Shown one piece after another: positions 1 to 9,270 of a stretch of DNA of 64,000 bases. Source of the stretch: a bacterium. Its GTDB lineage: Bacteria; UBA8248; JACPRG01; G963555815. Where the stretch lies: the NCBI GenBank assembly GCA_965261595.1, contig CBDHDG010000007.1:1184001-1248000 (forward strand). Reading direction: 5' to 3'. The notes under the pieces were generated by a model, which worked only from the letters and a program-made list of their open reading frames with translations, did no database searches and was not told the origin of the DNA. Positions within the stretch are counted from its first letter, which is position 1; every line of letters begins with the position of its first letter. The position numbers and the translations under genes were made by a program.

Positions 1-300
1 CGTGACGCGCGACGCTTCCTCATGGGACAGCGTGGAGTTCAGCGCGGCGGCGCGCACGCCGACCTGCCGGAGGGCCTCGACCTGGTCCCGCATCAGGGCG
101 ATGAGGGGCGACACCACCACCCCGACGCCGGGCCGGCAGATGGACGGGATCTGGTAGCAGAGCGATTTTCCGCCGCCGGTCGGCATCAGGACCAGGGCGT
201 CGCCCCCCGTAAGGACGTGGCTGATGATCTCGGCTTGGTTGCCGCGAAAGGTTTCAAAACCGAAAACGTTGCGGAGGACCTCTTTGGGTGGATCCGGCAT
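1..300 (-). CDS. recQ: ATP-dependent DNA helicase RecQ, N-terminal part (runs off the window)
   Basis: The minus-strand frame from ATG at 300 reads MPDPPKEVLRNVFGFETFRGNQAEII...VLMPTGGGKSLCYQIP...VVSPLIALMRDQV (RecQ motifs 0, I and Ia). It is absent from the ORF track because the stop lies outside the window. Confidence 0.93.
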   Translation of the reverse strand, partial: MPDPPKEVLRNVFGFETFRGNQAEIISHVLTGGDALVLMPTGGGKSLCYQIPSICRPGVGVVVSPLIALMRDQVEALRQVGVRAAALNSTLSHEEASRVT

Positions 301-513
301 GCCCGTGATCATACGCGGCGCCCGGCATGGCAATCCAGGCTTCGTGAGGGGAGGAGGGCGTGGAAAGACGTGAGTTCGAACTTTCCGGCGGCGCCTTCCC
401 CCCGGCCGCTCCGGAAGGTGGCATAATGAAGCGGCGGCGGGACTGAGCCACGCGCGCCCGAGCCGAGCGCGCCGCTCCCATCCAATCCTGATGACAGAGG
501 CCAAGTTTCCGAC

Positions 514-1377
514 ATGGGGTTCTTTTGGGCGATTTTATGTGGATTCGCGTTCGGGATGGGGGACACCCTCATCCGGCTGGGCGTCCGGTCCGGCACGCCT
601 TTCACCGGCGCCATCATCTCATCCTCCACCATGGTCCTCTTGCTCCTGTTTCCGGTTCTGTCGCAGGATTTGGGCGGGCGGCCCTTGTGGCCCGCGATCG
701 GCTGGTACCTCGCGATGGGGGCCGCGGCGACCGCGCCCGGCCGGCTTCTGTTCTACTTCAGCCTTCGGCGCATCGGCGTCTCCAGGGCTTCGATTCTGGT
801 CACCATCAGCCCCCTGCTCAGCATGCTCTTCGCCGTGGCCTTTCTGGGGGAGCGGCCCACCGGCTGGGTGGTCCTCGGGGCCATCCTCATTTTTCTCGGG
901 GTGCTGAGCTTTACGATGGAAAAGACCAGTATCCGGATCACCCCCGCCGCCGCTCTGCTGGGCCTTCTGCCCACGGTATTTTTCAGCATGATGCCCCTGT
1001 TCATGCGGATCGGGATGCGGTCCCTCCCGAACCCCGTTTTGGGAACCTTTCTGGCCGGCGTCGGCGCTCTGGCCGTCCTTTTGGCCGTGCAGGGATTTCT
1101 CCCGCGGGCGGACCGCTGGGGTGTGAGCCGGCGCGCTTTCGGCCTATTCGTGGCCGCGGGTTTCTTCTACACCGCGGCGTTTTTCGCCTTTTACGAGGCC
1201 CTCGGCTCGGAGTCGGTCAGCTTCGTCGCTCCGCTTGTATTCACCTCTCCGTTGTTCGCGATGTTGGTGGCCCGCCTTTTCTTCCGGGACCTGGAGCGGG
1301 TCACCTGGAAATTGGCCGCGGGGGGCGTGGTGGTCTTCCTGGGGGTCGTAGCGATTTCCCTTTCCCGAGGGGGGTGA
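514..1377 (+). CDS. DMT/EamA family transporter
   Basis: 287 aa, about 10 hydrophobic helices in two repeated halves, with the typical 'FLGERP' loop. Confidence 0.85.
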   Translation: MGFFWAILCGFAFGMGDTLIRLGVRSGTPFTGAIISSSTMVLLLLFPVLSQDLGGRPLWPAIGWYLAMGAAATAPGRLLFYFSLRRIGVSRASILVTISPLLSMLFAVAFLGERPTGWVVLGAILIFLGVLSFTMEKTSIRITPAAALLGLLPTVFFSMMPLFMRIGMRSLPNPVLGTFLAGVGALAVLLAVQGFLPRADRWGVSRRAFGLFVAAGFFYTAAFFAFYEALGSESVSFVAPLVFTSPLFAMLVARLFFRDLERVTWKLAAGGVVVFLGVVAISLSRGG

Positions 1378-1618
1378 CCCGCATTCCTTCCAAAGAGAAT
1401 CTTCATTCTCGTAAAGGTCGGTGAACGGGTTGCCTTTCAATCCATTATCCGATGCAAGGGAGTCGCCCGGCTGAAACACCCCGCTCTCCGTGCGGGCGTC
1501 TGACAGGCCGGGACCCCCCGACCGATTTCCTGTTTACAATTCGCATGAACTTTCTCTAAGATCCTGATTGTCCAAAGTTCATAGGTTGCAAAGGCTCACG
1601 CATGGGGAGCGGGGTTCC

Positions 1619-3799
1619 ATGAAGTGGTTGCCGTGTCGGGTGTTTGTCGCGCTCTCGGTGTGGGCGTTCGCCGCCTCCACCCCCCCGCCCGCATTCTCGC
1701 AGAGCCCCGCTTTCGCGCAGACCAAGGACATCGGCGTCCTGCCCGCGCGCGTCCGGAAGGAGATGGCCCGGGGCGAGCGCTACGCCCTCCTCATCGGGAT
1801 CGGCCGCCACCAGGACAAGCGCATCCCCGGCCTCAACTACAGCGCCGCCGACGCGAAGGCCATGTACGCGGTCCTCACCGACCCCAATCACGGCCGGTTC
1901 CCGAAGAAGAACGTCCGGCTGCTTCTCGACGAGAGAGCGACGGCCAAGGGCATCCGCAGGGGGTTCACGTGGCTTCGCCGCCGCGCGGGGCCGGAGGACA
2001 TGGCCGTCGGCAACGCCTACATCACTCGCCAGCTTCGGCGGGTCCGCGCCAAGCGCCTCATCACGTTCCTGGACTCGTGCTATTCCGCCGCCATCGTCAA
2101 AAAGGAGGACAGGCCCAAGGCGCTTTTCAATCAGGATTTCTTCGCCAAGTTCAAGGGTGCGGGCCGGGTGACGATCACCGCCAGCGACGGCAAGGAGCTT
2201 TCGCTCGAATCAAAGGACCTTGGGCAGGGGGTCTTCACCTACTACCTTGTCCAGGCCCTCAAGGGCAAAGCCGACGTGAATCAGGACGGCGCGGTAGATC
2301 TCGAGGAGGTCTGGGCGCATGTCCGCAAGCGCGTGACCGACGAGGCCATCCGGCGCGGAAACCGCCAGCGTCCGCAGCTCATCACAAAAAGCCTCTCAGC
2401 GGGGTTCCTCGTAAGCCTGAACCCGGGCGTCCTGCCCCGGTTCCGCAAGCGGCAGGCCCGCCTTCTCGCCCTCCTTCAAAAGCGGCGCGTCTCCGGGTCC
2501 GAGTACGAGGAGGCCCGGAAGGTCCTCGACGGCGAGGGCGACAACCGGCTCCTTCAGGTCGTCCGGGACCTGGCCGACGGCAGGCTCGCCCCCCGGTACT
2601 ACCGTGTCGCGAGGGCCGATGTCCTGCGGGGGAATCGGAAGCGTCCGGCTCAGCCCCCCGCTCAAAAGCCGCGCCGGAGAGAGAGGAAGCCCGAAAGGGC
2701 CGCGTCGGCGGGGACGGGGGACCTCTACATCGTCAGCGAGCCTCCGGGCGCGCGGATCTTCATCGACGGCCGGGACACGGGGAAAAAGACCCCGGTCCTT
2801 CTGGAAGGCATCCCTTCCGGGAATCGCAGGGTCCGGTTGCGGAAGGGCAATTACATGGTGGCGTCGAAAGGTGTGAGCGTTCCGCGGGATGACATCGGCC
2901 AGTTGAAGCTCAAGCTGGAGGTCATGCGGGGCAGGCTCAAGGTCGTCTCCGAGCCCTTGGAGGCAGACGTTTTCGTGGGCAAGAAGAAGGTGGGTCGGAC
3001 GCCCCTGATCGCGTCGGTTCCCGGAGGGCCTCAGGTGATCCGCGTCGTGAAGGCGGGCTACAAGCCATTCGAGCGGAAGATGAATATCTCCGTCCGTCGG
3101 AGCAACCGGCTGATGGCCGTCCTTGTTGTTGACCCAATCCCCCGCGGGATGGTCAAGGTGCCCGTGGGTTGGTTCATCATGGGAAGCAACGAGTCCGATG
3201 ACGAGAAGCCGCGCCACCGCGTTTATTTGGATGAGTTTTTCATCGACAAGTATCCGGTGACGAACGCCCGGTTCCGGAGGTTTGGAACGCCGGACAAGGA
3301 TTTCGGCGCCAAGTTCAACGGCGCTCGCCAGCCTGTGGTGGGCGTGACGTGGACTCAAGCGCGGGATTATTGCAAGTCCGTGGAAAAGCGTTTGCCGACG
3401 GAGGCGGAGTGGGAGAAGTCGGCTCGTGGCGTGGACGGCCGGAAATATCCCTGGGGGAGTCAGTGGGATGGCTCAAAGGTGATCTGGGATAAGAACAGCG
3501 GCGGTAAGACGCACCCTGTGGACCGGACGTACAACACGCACCGGAGTCCGTATGGCGCTGTGGACATGGCGGGGAACACTTGGGAGTGGGTGGCGGACTG
3601 GTACGGAAAGAATTATTACGCCAATGCCCCGGATCGGAATCCAAAAGGACCGGCCTCTGGCAGCGGGCGCGTTTGGCGCGGCGGTTCCTGGTACGGCGGC
3701 GGTACGGCGAACTTCCGCGCGGCGGCTCGCAACAATGGGCGGCCAGTCGACCGGGACTTCAGGATTTCGTTTCATTGCGCCAAGTCTTCAAATAAGTAA
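1619..3799 (+). CDS. Secreted caspase-like (peptidase C14) + PEGA + FGE-sulfatase/C-type-lectin-fold protein; putative DGR target
   Basis: Signal peptide (MKWL...AFA|Q); C14 motifs RYALLIGI, FLDSCYS and GVFTYYLVQALKG; two PEGA repeats (IVSEPPGARIFIDG, VVSEPLEADVFVG); FGE motifs FIMGS, PVTN, RLPTEAEWE, DMAGNTWEWV and RGGSW. Confidence 0.9.
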   Translation: MKWLPCRVFVALSVWAFAASTPPPAFSQSPAFAQTKDIGVLPARVRKEMARGERYALLIGIGRHQDKRIPGLNYSAADAKAMYAVLTDPNHGRFPKKNVRLLLDERATAKGIRRGFTWLRRRAGPEDMAVGNAYITRQLRRVRAKRLITFLDSCYSAAIVKKEDRPKALFNQDFFAKFKGAGRVTITASDGKELSLESKDLGQGVFTYYLVQALKGKADVNQDGAVDLEEVWAHVRKRVTDEAIRRGNRQRPQLITKSLSAGFLVSLNPGVLPRFRKRQARLLALLQKRRVSGSEYEEARKVLDGEGDNRLLQVVRDLADGRLAPRYYRVARADVLRGNRKRPAQPPAQKPRRRERKPERAASAGTGDLYIVSEPPGARIFIDGRDTGKKTPVLLEGIPSGNRRVRLRKGNYMVASKGVSVPRDDIGQLKLKLEVMRGRLKVVSEPLEADVFVGKKKVGRTPLIASVPGGPQVIRVVKAGYKPFERKMNISVRRSNRLMAVLVVDPIPRGMVKVPVGWFIMGSNESDDEKPRHRVYLDEFFIDKYPVTNARFRRFGTPDKDFGAKFNGARQPVVGVTWTQARDYCKSVEKRLPTEAEWEKSARGVDGRKYPWGSQWDGSKVIWDKNSGGKTHPVDRTYNTHRSPYGAVDMAGNTWEWVADWYGKNYYANAPDRNPKGPASGSGRVWRGGSWYGGGTANFRAAARNNGRPVDRDFRISFHCAKSSNK
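3668..3790 (+). other. Putative DGR variable region (VR)
   Basis: Last ~40 codons of the CLec domain. Positions that are AAC/AAT in typical FGE-class template repeats are here NNC/NNT codons (tac ggc ggc ggt; aac; gct; aac aat; gtc gac; gac ttc) between fixed scaffold codons. Confidence 0.7.
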
Positions 3800-3829
3800 C
3801 CCTTGATCACTTTTACCCTTTTGGGGGTC

Positions 3830-3850
3830 CCAGGGGGCGTAGCCCCCTGG
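3830..3850 (+). promoter_or_regulatory. DGR-type target-recognition hairpin/cruciform
   Basis: Perfect 9-bp stem CCAGGGGGC / GCCCCCTGG with a GTA (GNA) triloop, 30 bp after the target stop codon. Confidence 0.75.
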
Positions 3851-3889
3851 TGAACTTTTTTGAGACGGGGGGTATGAAATTTAACGGTA

Positions 3890-4231
3890 ATGGGGCAATC
3901 GCCGGTCATCGTCGAGCGATTCTATGGGTTCCTGGTTTGGATCTTTGAACGGACTTCACAATACCCGAAGACATACCGCTATTCGCTGGGCGGGAAGATT
4001 CAACAGGAAGCCCTCGCGATTCTCGAACACCTGGTTCAGGCCGCTTACCGCAAGCAGAAACGCCCAATCCTGGAAGACATCAATCGAAAGCTCGAATCCA
4101 TGCGGTTCCTGATCCGTTTGAGCAAGGACCTCAAGTGCCTGAGTCTTCGGCAATACGAATACGCCGGCAATGAGTGTATGGAGGTGGGCAACCAGGTGGG
4201 CGGCTGGATCAAAAGCGTGAGGCGGGGATGA
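3890..4231 (+). CDS. avd: DGR accessory variability determinant (bAvd-like four-helix bundle)
   Basis: Basic 113-aa protein with YPKTYRYSLG, LESMRFLIRLSKDL and EVGNQVGGWIK motifs; lies directly after the FGE gene and hairpin. Confidence 0.88.
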   Translation: MGQSPVIVERFYGFLVWIFERTSQYPKTYRYSLGGKIQQEALAILEHLVQAAYRKQKRPILEDINRKLESMRFLIRLSKDLKCLSLRQYEYAGNECMEVGNQVGGWIKSVRRG

Positions 4232-4254
4232 AAACCCACAAGAATCTTTTCCCC
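4228..4254 (+). pseudogene. 5' stub of a probable DGR reverse transcriptase, cut by an IS
   Basis: An ATG overlaps the avd stop (ATGA) and reads MKTHKNLF, like DGR RT N-termini (MKTxKNLF/Y); IS sequence begins at about 4250 and no RT continuation is seen. Confidence 0.65.
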
Positions 4255-4315
4255 CGCTCTAGGGTTTTGTTGGACACTCGATTGATCCATGATTCATGGA
4301 GAAAGGGGTGTCGCG

Positions 4316-4702
4316 ATGAACGAACAAAAGCAAGAGGGGGCTTTGGCGGAGGGCGCCCGCAGGGCGAACGGAGCCAAGGCCCCAGGGCATCGCAGTGAGC
4401 GGGGTCGGTTCTCCTGCCAGCGCAAGCGGGAGGCGGTCCTGCGTCTTTTGCGGGGCGAGAGCCTGGAGACGCTCTGCCGCGAGTTGGGCACGACAGCGGC
4501 TCGGCTTTCCGCCTGGCGCGAGGCGTTCCTTCGCGGGGGCGAGGCGGCGCTCAAAGCCCGCCCGGCGGATGAGCGGGACGAGGAGAACGCCCGGCTCAAG
4601 GCCAAGGTGGGCGAACTCACGATGGAGGGCGAGGTCCTGCGGGAGAAGATCGACCGCCTGGAGGCCGGCCGCCCTTTAGCCGGCAGGAGGTGGAGGCGAT
4701 GA
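4316..4702 (+). CDS. IS3-family transposase OrfA
   Basis: HTH (RKREAVLRLLRGESLETLCRELG) followed by a leucine-zipper-like segment. Confidence 0.85.
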   Translation: MNEQKQEGALAEGARRANGAKAPGHRSERGRFSCQRKREAVLRLLRGESLETLCRELGTTAARLSAWREAFLRGGEAALKARPADERDEENARLKAKVGELTMEGEVLREKIDRLEAGRPLAGRRWRR

Positions 4703-5607
4703 GTCAGGCCCGCTTCACCTCCACGGGCAGAGCCTACGGCCTGAAGCGGGTGTGCGCCCTTTGGGGCTTGGCGCGCTCCACGGTCTACGCGCAACGGCGG
4801 CGAGAGGCGGTCCCCGTTCATGAACGCCCCACGCCCAATAAGCGCGGCCCTGTGGGCCCGTGCACCGATGCGGAACTCCTCGGCCACATCCGGCAGGTCC
4901 TGGAGGACTCTCCCTTCCATGGCGAGGGCTACCGCAAGGTGTGGGCGAGGCTGCGCTTCGCGGGCATCCGCACCAGCAAGGAGCGGGTGCGTCGCCTGAT
5001 GCGGGAGGCGGGGCTTCAGGCCCCCCACCGGGTGGGCAAACCCCGAGGTCCCAAGGCCCACAACGGGACCATCCGCACCGAGCGGCCCGACCGAATGTGG
5101 GGCACGGACATGACGACGACGGTGACCACCGAGGAGGGGGTGGCCTCGGTGTTCGTGGCGGTGGATCACTGCTCGGTGGACTGCGTGGGGATCCATGCGG
5201 CCAAGAGCGGCAACCGCTTCGAGGCCCTGGAGCCGATCCGGCAGGGGGTCGCCGAGCGCTTCGCCGGCTTGGAGGCGGACGTCGCCGAGGGGCTTAAAGT
5301 TCGTCACGACCACGGCCCCGCCTATCTGTCCGATGACTTTCAGCGGGAGATCGCCTACCTGGGCATGACCAGTTCGCCCAGCTTCGTGCGGGCGCCCGAG
5401 GGAAATGGCTACTGTGAGTGGTTCATCCGCATCTTGAAGGAGAATCTCCTGTGGGTGCGCTCTTTCGCCACCGTAGAGGAACTGCGGTGGGCGCTGCTTG
5501 AGTTCAAGAACCTGTACAACCATCATTGGATTCTCGAGGGCTACGGCTACCGAACGCCGGCCCAGGCAAGGCAGGAAAAACTCGCTCAAGTTGCGGAGGC
5601 CGCATGA
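4699..5607 (+). CDS. IS3-family transposase OrfB (rve integrase core)
   Basis: GYRKVWARL, WGTDMT, HDHGPAY and NG..E DDE motifs; ATGA overlap with orfA. Confidence 0.88.
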   Translation: MSQARFTSTGRAYGLKRVCALWGLARSTVYAQRRREAVPVHERPTPNKRGPVGPCTDAELLGHIRQVLEDSPFHGEGYRKVWARLRFAGIRTSKERVRRLMREAGLQAPHRVGKPRGPKAHNGTIRTERPDRMWGTDMTTTVTTEEGVASVFVAVDHCSVDCVGIHAAKSGNRFEALEPIRQGVAERFAGLEADVAEGLKVRHDHGPAYLSDDFQREIAYLGMTSSPSFVRAPEGNGYCEWFIRILKENLLWVRSFATVEELRWALLEFKNLYNHHWILEGYGYRTPAQARQEKLAQVAEAA

Positions 5608-5712
5608 GGTCGAATACCCTCACCCGAGTGTCCAATAACCCAGGGGCGGTCCATCACTTTCACATCCTCAGCGCGCACACCCTTGCACTTCCCTATCTCT
5701 TTAGGGAACGCC

Positions 5713-6718
5713 ATGCGCCTTATTCAAAAGAGCCTCGCAGTTCTCCTACTCGCCGCAGTTCTGCCTGCCCTCTTGTCTTGCTCAGGGACAGAAGCAGACC
5801 GTCTCGATGCTGAAGTGGGTCGCCCGTATCAGGCTGGTCGGTATGCGGAAGCAATTCCCCTGGCGCAACGCTCCCTGGCCATCCGAGAGAAAGCCCTGGG
5901 ACCTGAGCATCCCGATGTCGCAACGGGCCTCAACAACCTAGCCGCGCTCTACGAAGCCCAGGGCGAATACGGCAAGGCTGAGCCGCTTTACAAGCGCTCT
6001 CTTGCCATCGTTGAGAAAACGCTAGGGCCCGAGCATCCCCATTTGGCCACGGTCCTCAACAACCTGGCCCTGGTCTACCAAGCCCAGGGCCGCTACGCCA
6101 AGGCCGAGCCGCTCTACAAGCGCTCCCTGGCCATCCGTGAGAAAGCCCTCGGCCCCCAGCATCCCCAGGTGGCCACGGCCCTCAACAACCTGGCCGTGTT
6201 GTACCGGGCCCAGGACCGAGGCGCGCCGAGCCCCGGTCCAAAGAACACCGGAGAGGGCGCCCCGTGCGGAGACCGCGAAGGCCGAGGCCGGCGGGCTCCG
6301 TTCCTCCAGGGAGATCGTCTCCCACTTCGTTCGCGTGAAGACGATGGGGATCGGCGGGACCCGCGAGGGCAGGCTCACATTCCGGAACATCCTCTTCGAC
6401 TTCAACGCGGCCGAACTGAAACGGGAGTCCCTCGCTCAACTGGCTGAAATGGGAAAGGCTCTATCTTCCCTGACGCGCACACGCGGGATGAAGTTTCGGA
6501 TTGAGGGCCACACCGACGCGAAAGGGAGCGATGCCTATAACCGGAGGCTGTCGCAGGAGCGGGCCAAAGCCGTTGTCCGTCACTTGATCGGAAGATACGG
6601 AGTGCCTCGCTCCAACCTCCAGGCCGTGGGCCAGGGCAAATCCCGACCGGTAGCGTCCAACGAATCGGACGATGGCAGACGCCTCAACCGGCGGGTGGAG
6701 GTGGTGTTGGATGAGTGA
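5713..6718 (+). pseudogene. TPR-repeat + OmpA-domain lipoprotein, frame break near 6215
   Basis: Lipobox LLSC; three 42-aa TPRs (ALGPEHPDVATGLNNLA). The OmpA domain (ILFDFNAAEL, IEGHTDAKGS, NRRLSQERA, NRRVE) is in another frame with no clear independent start. Confidence 0.75.
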
Positions 6719-7139
6719 ACGGCGCTTCGGCCCCTACGGGTGCGCGGGGGATTTCGTCGTAGCGACTGCCTACCCCGTCCCGGCCCGTCACACGCCCGTG
6801 GAAAACAGGATGTTGGAACCCGGGCGATGCCCGTCCGCCGGGCAAACGATTGATAGACAACCCGCTCGCTCGACCTACCCCGTTCGGGCGCTCGCGTTGG
6901 TGAGAAATGCGGGTTAAGTAAGTGTGAAACGCCCATTATTTAATGAAACAGGACAAAGCTTAAACAACGATTTCGCCAATTGACGAAACCTTAAATTAAG
7001 AAAAAATCGAAGATATCCGGAAATAACATGGCACCAACACCACATCTTGGGTCAAAAACTACACAAAAATCTTTCCCGTGAGTGAAATCCGGTTGTCCCC
7101 ATTCGGTTGGCCAGCGAAAACGACCATCCCCGCAACGCC

Positions 7140-7925
7140 TCAAGCCGTCCGCGCAAGGGTGTAGACGTGGACCGATTCCGACCCGGCCCGCTTCAGGACT
7201 TTGGCGCAGGCGGCGGCGGTGGCGCCGGTGGTCAGGACGTCGTCCACCAGGAGAATCCGCCGGCCCTCCGCCTCGCGGGGCTTCCGGACGATGAAGGCGC
7301 CGCGGACGTTCTTCCGCCGCTGGACCTCGGTGAGCTCGAACTGGGGAGCGTCCCATTTTGTGCGATCCAGGAGGTTCGGCCGCGCCGGAATCCCCGAAAC
7401 CCTCCCCAGGACGCGCGCCAGGAACCAGGCCTGATCGAAGCCGCGCTCGCGAAACCGCTTCGGGTGGAGGGGGACGTGCGTGATGACGTCGAAAACCTCG
7501 TCCGGAAAACGGTCCCGAAAATGCCCGGCCATGAGCTTGCCCAGGGTCGCCGACAGGCCGCTCACCCCATCGTATTTGTAGGCGTGGATGATATCCCGCA
7601 GCGCGCCCTCGTACAGACCGGCCGCGCGGGCGGAGTCGAAAGCGGGCTCCAGATCGCGGCATTTTCCGCAAACGTGGCCGGGCGAATCCGTGAGGGCGAA
7701 TGCGGAAGAGAAGGGCACGCCGCAGCGGGGGCACAGGGGCGGTTTAGGGAGGGTGATCGAGTCCCAGCAGCCGGCGCACACCCTGGAGGAGGAGGCGGAC
7801 GCCCGGACGGCCGTCCCGATCCCGTCGCCGCAGGCGGCGCAGGACGCGGGCAACAAAAGACCGAGGGCCCCGTTCAGGAGCCCTCGAAGGTGGGTCCAAT
7901 CAAGCTTCGTTTTCGGCTTTCCCAT
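7140..7925 (-). CDS. comF: ComF family protein (double zinc ribbon + phosphoribosyltransferase)
   Basis: CxxC pairs, ERGFDQ, LLVDDVLTTGAT. Confidence 0.9.
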   Translation of the reverse strand: MGKPKTKLDWTHLRGLLNGALGLLLPASCAACGDGIGTAVRASASSSRVCAGCWDSITLPKPPLCPRCGVPFSSAFALTDSPGHVCGKCRDLEPAFDSARAAGLYEGALRDIIHAYKYDGVSGLSATLGKLMAGHFRDRFPDEVFDVITHVPLHPKRFRERGFDQAWFLARVLGRVSGIPARPNLLDRTKWDAPQFELTEVQRRKNVRGAFIVRKPREAEGRRILLVDDVLTTGATAAACAKVLKRAGSESVHVYTLARTA

Positions 7926-7971
7926 CCGCTCAAGCCGCGCGGAGAAAATTTATCCTCCCCCCTCCCCCGAT

Positions 7972-9123
7972 TCAGACGCCCACCCGTTGGTCCTTCTTGA
8001 CGAGCTTCATCAGGGCCGCGCTCTTCGGCCGGCCCATCAGCTCCGGGTCCCGGATGAGGCTCTGCCTGCGGACAAGCAACAACTCCGCGACGATGGAGAC
8101 GGCGATCTCGCCGGGAACGTCCGCGCCGATCTCCAGGCCCATGGGCGCCCGGACCCGCTGGATGAACTCTTCCCGGGGAACCCCCATCTTTTCTTCGAGG
8201 TGGCGATACGTGGCGAGGATCTTCGTCCGGCTCCCAATCATCCCCATGTACCGGAAGGGCTTGTCCCAGGCCCACTGCAGGATGTCCTCGTCGTACTGAT
8301 GGCCCCGGGTGACGATGATCGTCATGTCCGTCGGATCGATTTCCGGCATCACGCCGTCCAGGTGCTCGAAGTCCTCGACGAGGACGAAATCCTCGGCCTC
8401 GGGGAAGCGCTCCTTGTTGGCGTACGACTCGCGGTCTTCGACAATGATCAGGCGGAACCCGGCGACGTCCGCCACCTTGGCGATGTGCTTGGAGACGTGC
8501 CCGCCGCCGAAGATGTACACCGTAGGCCGGGTGATGATCGGCTCGAAGAACACCTCGAGCGCCACGTCCGAGCCGGGGGCGGTGAACGTCTTGTTGTCCG
8601 GCCTCTCGTTGTGAAGGACCTCGGCGGCGAACCGGACGATTTCCTCTTCGACGCCCCCGATGACCCCCAGGGCGGTCCCGTCTCTGTAGATGAACATCCG
8701 GTCGCCGGGACCGGGCGCTTTGCCGTCGCTCCGGCCGATCACGCTGGCCAGGACGGCCCGGCCGCCTTCCGCGCGAATGCGGACAATCTCGGACAGGATT
8801 TCCGAGGAGTAGTTGGAGAGCGGCTCGACCAGGACGTCCACAATGCCGCCGCAGATGTGGCCGCTTTCTCCGGCTTCGGCCTCGGTGAGGTCGAAGCTCA
8901 TCTTGGCCGCGCCGCCTTTGCGCAACACACGCTTGGCCTCGGCCCAGACGTCCGCTTCCAGGCAGCCGCCCCCGACCGTCCCCTTCATGGAGCCGTCCTT
9001 GTAGATGATCATCTTGGCGTCGGCGCTCATCGGGGCGGAGCCCTTTCGCGCAACCACGGAGGCGACGGCGCCGTCCTCCCCTTTGTCCAGAATCTCCTGG
9101 ATCTCTTTGTAGATGTCGACCAT
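7972..9123 (-). CDS. XdhC/CoxI family molybdoenzyme maturation protein
   Basis: GTVGGGCLE, CGG, IFGGGHVS, YMGMIGSRTK, APMGLEIGA..PGEIAVSIVAEL. Confidence 0.9.
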   Translation of the reverse strand: MVDIYKEIQEILDKGEDGAVASVVARKGSAPMSADAKMIIYKDGSMKGTVGGGCLEADVWAEAKRVLRKGGAAKMSFDLTEAEAGESGHICGGIVDVLVEPLSNYSSEILSEIVRIRAEGGRAVLASVIGRSDGKAPGPGDRMFIYRDGTALGVIGGVEEEIVRFAAEVLHNERPDNKTFTAPGSDVALEVFFEPIITRPTVYIFGGGHVSKHIAKVADVAGFRLIIVEDRESYANKERFPEAEDFVLVEDFEHLDGVMPEIDPTDMTIIVTRGHQYDEDILQWAWDKPFRYMGMIGSRTKILATYRHLEEKMGVPREEFIQRVRAPMGLEIGADVPGEIAVSIVAELLLVRRQSLIRDPELMGRPKSAALMKLVKKDQRVGV

Positions 9124-9270
9124 GCTTTCCTCCGCTTTTCTTCCCCCCGCGTCCGGATCGCGGTCCAGCCCGATGGGCCGCTCACGCGCCGCCCGCGGCG
9201 GGTTTTTTCGGATACTCCGTCGAGTCCGGCCGGATTCGCGCCCATCGCCATACGGCGTTTTCGGCCGCGC

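Larger units (their letters stand above)
4250..5653 (+). mobile_element. IS3-family insertion sequence, copy 1 (1404 bp)
   Basis: Near-identical to 51658-53061 in inverted orientation; imperfect terminal IRs sharing ...TTGGACACTCG; orfA (HTH) and orfB (rve). Confidence 0.9.

Noticed and set aside
22..426. Plus-strand 134-aa ORF
   Set aside because: Antisense shadow of recQ, whose motifs are clear on the minus strand
1455..1525. Hairpin-rich stretch upstream of the DGR target, considered as a riboswitch
   Set aside because: It can fold, but I cannot match it to any riboswitch consensus and there is no second copy to show covariation
5835..6212. 126-bp tandem repeats containing AACAAC, considered as a DGR template or CRISPR array
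   Set aside because: They encode 42-aa TPR units (LNNLA), do not resemble the VR, and have no repeat-spacer pattern
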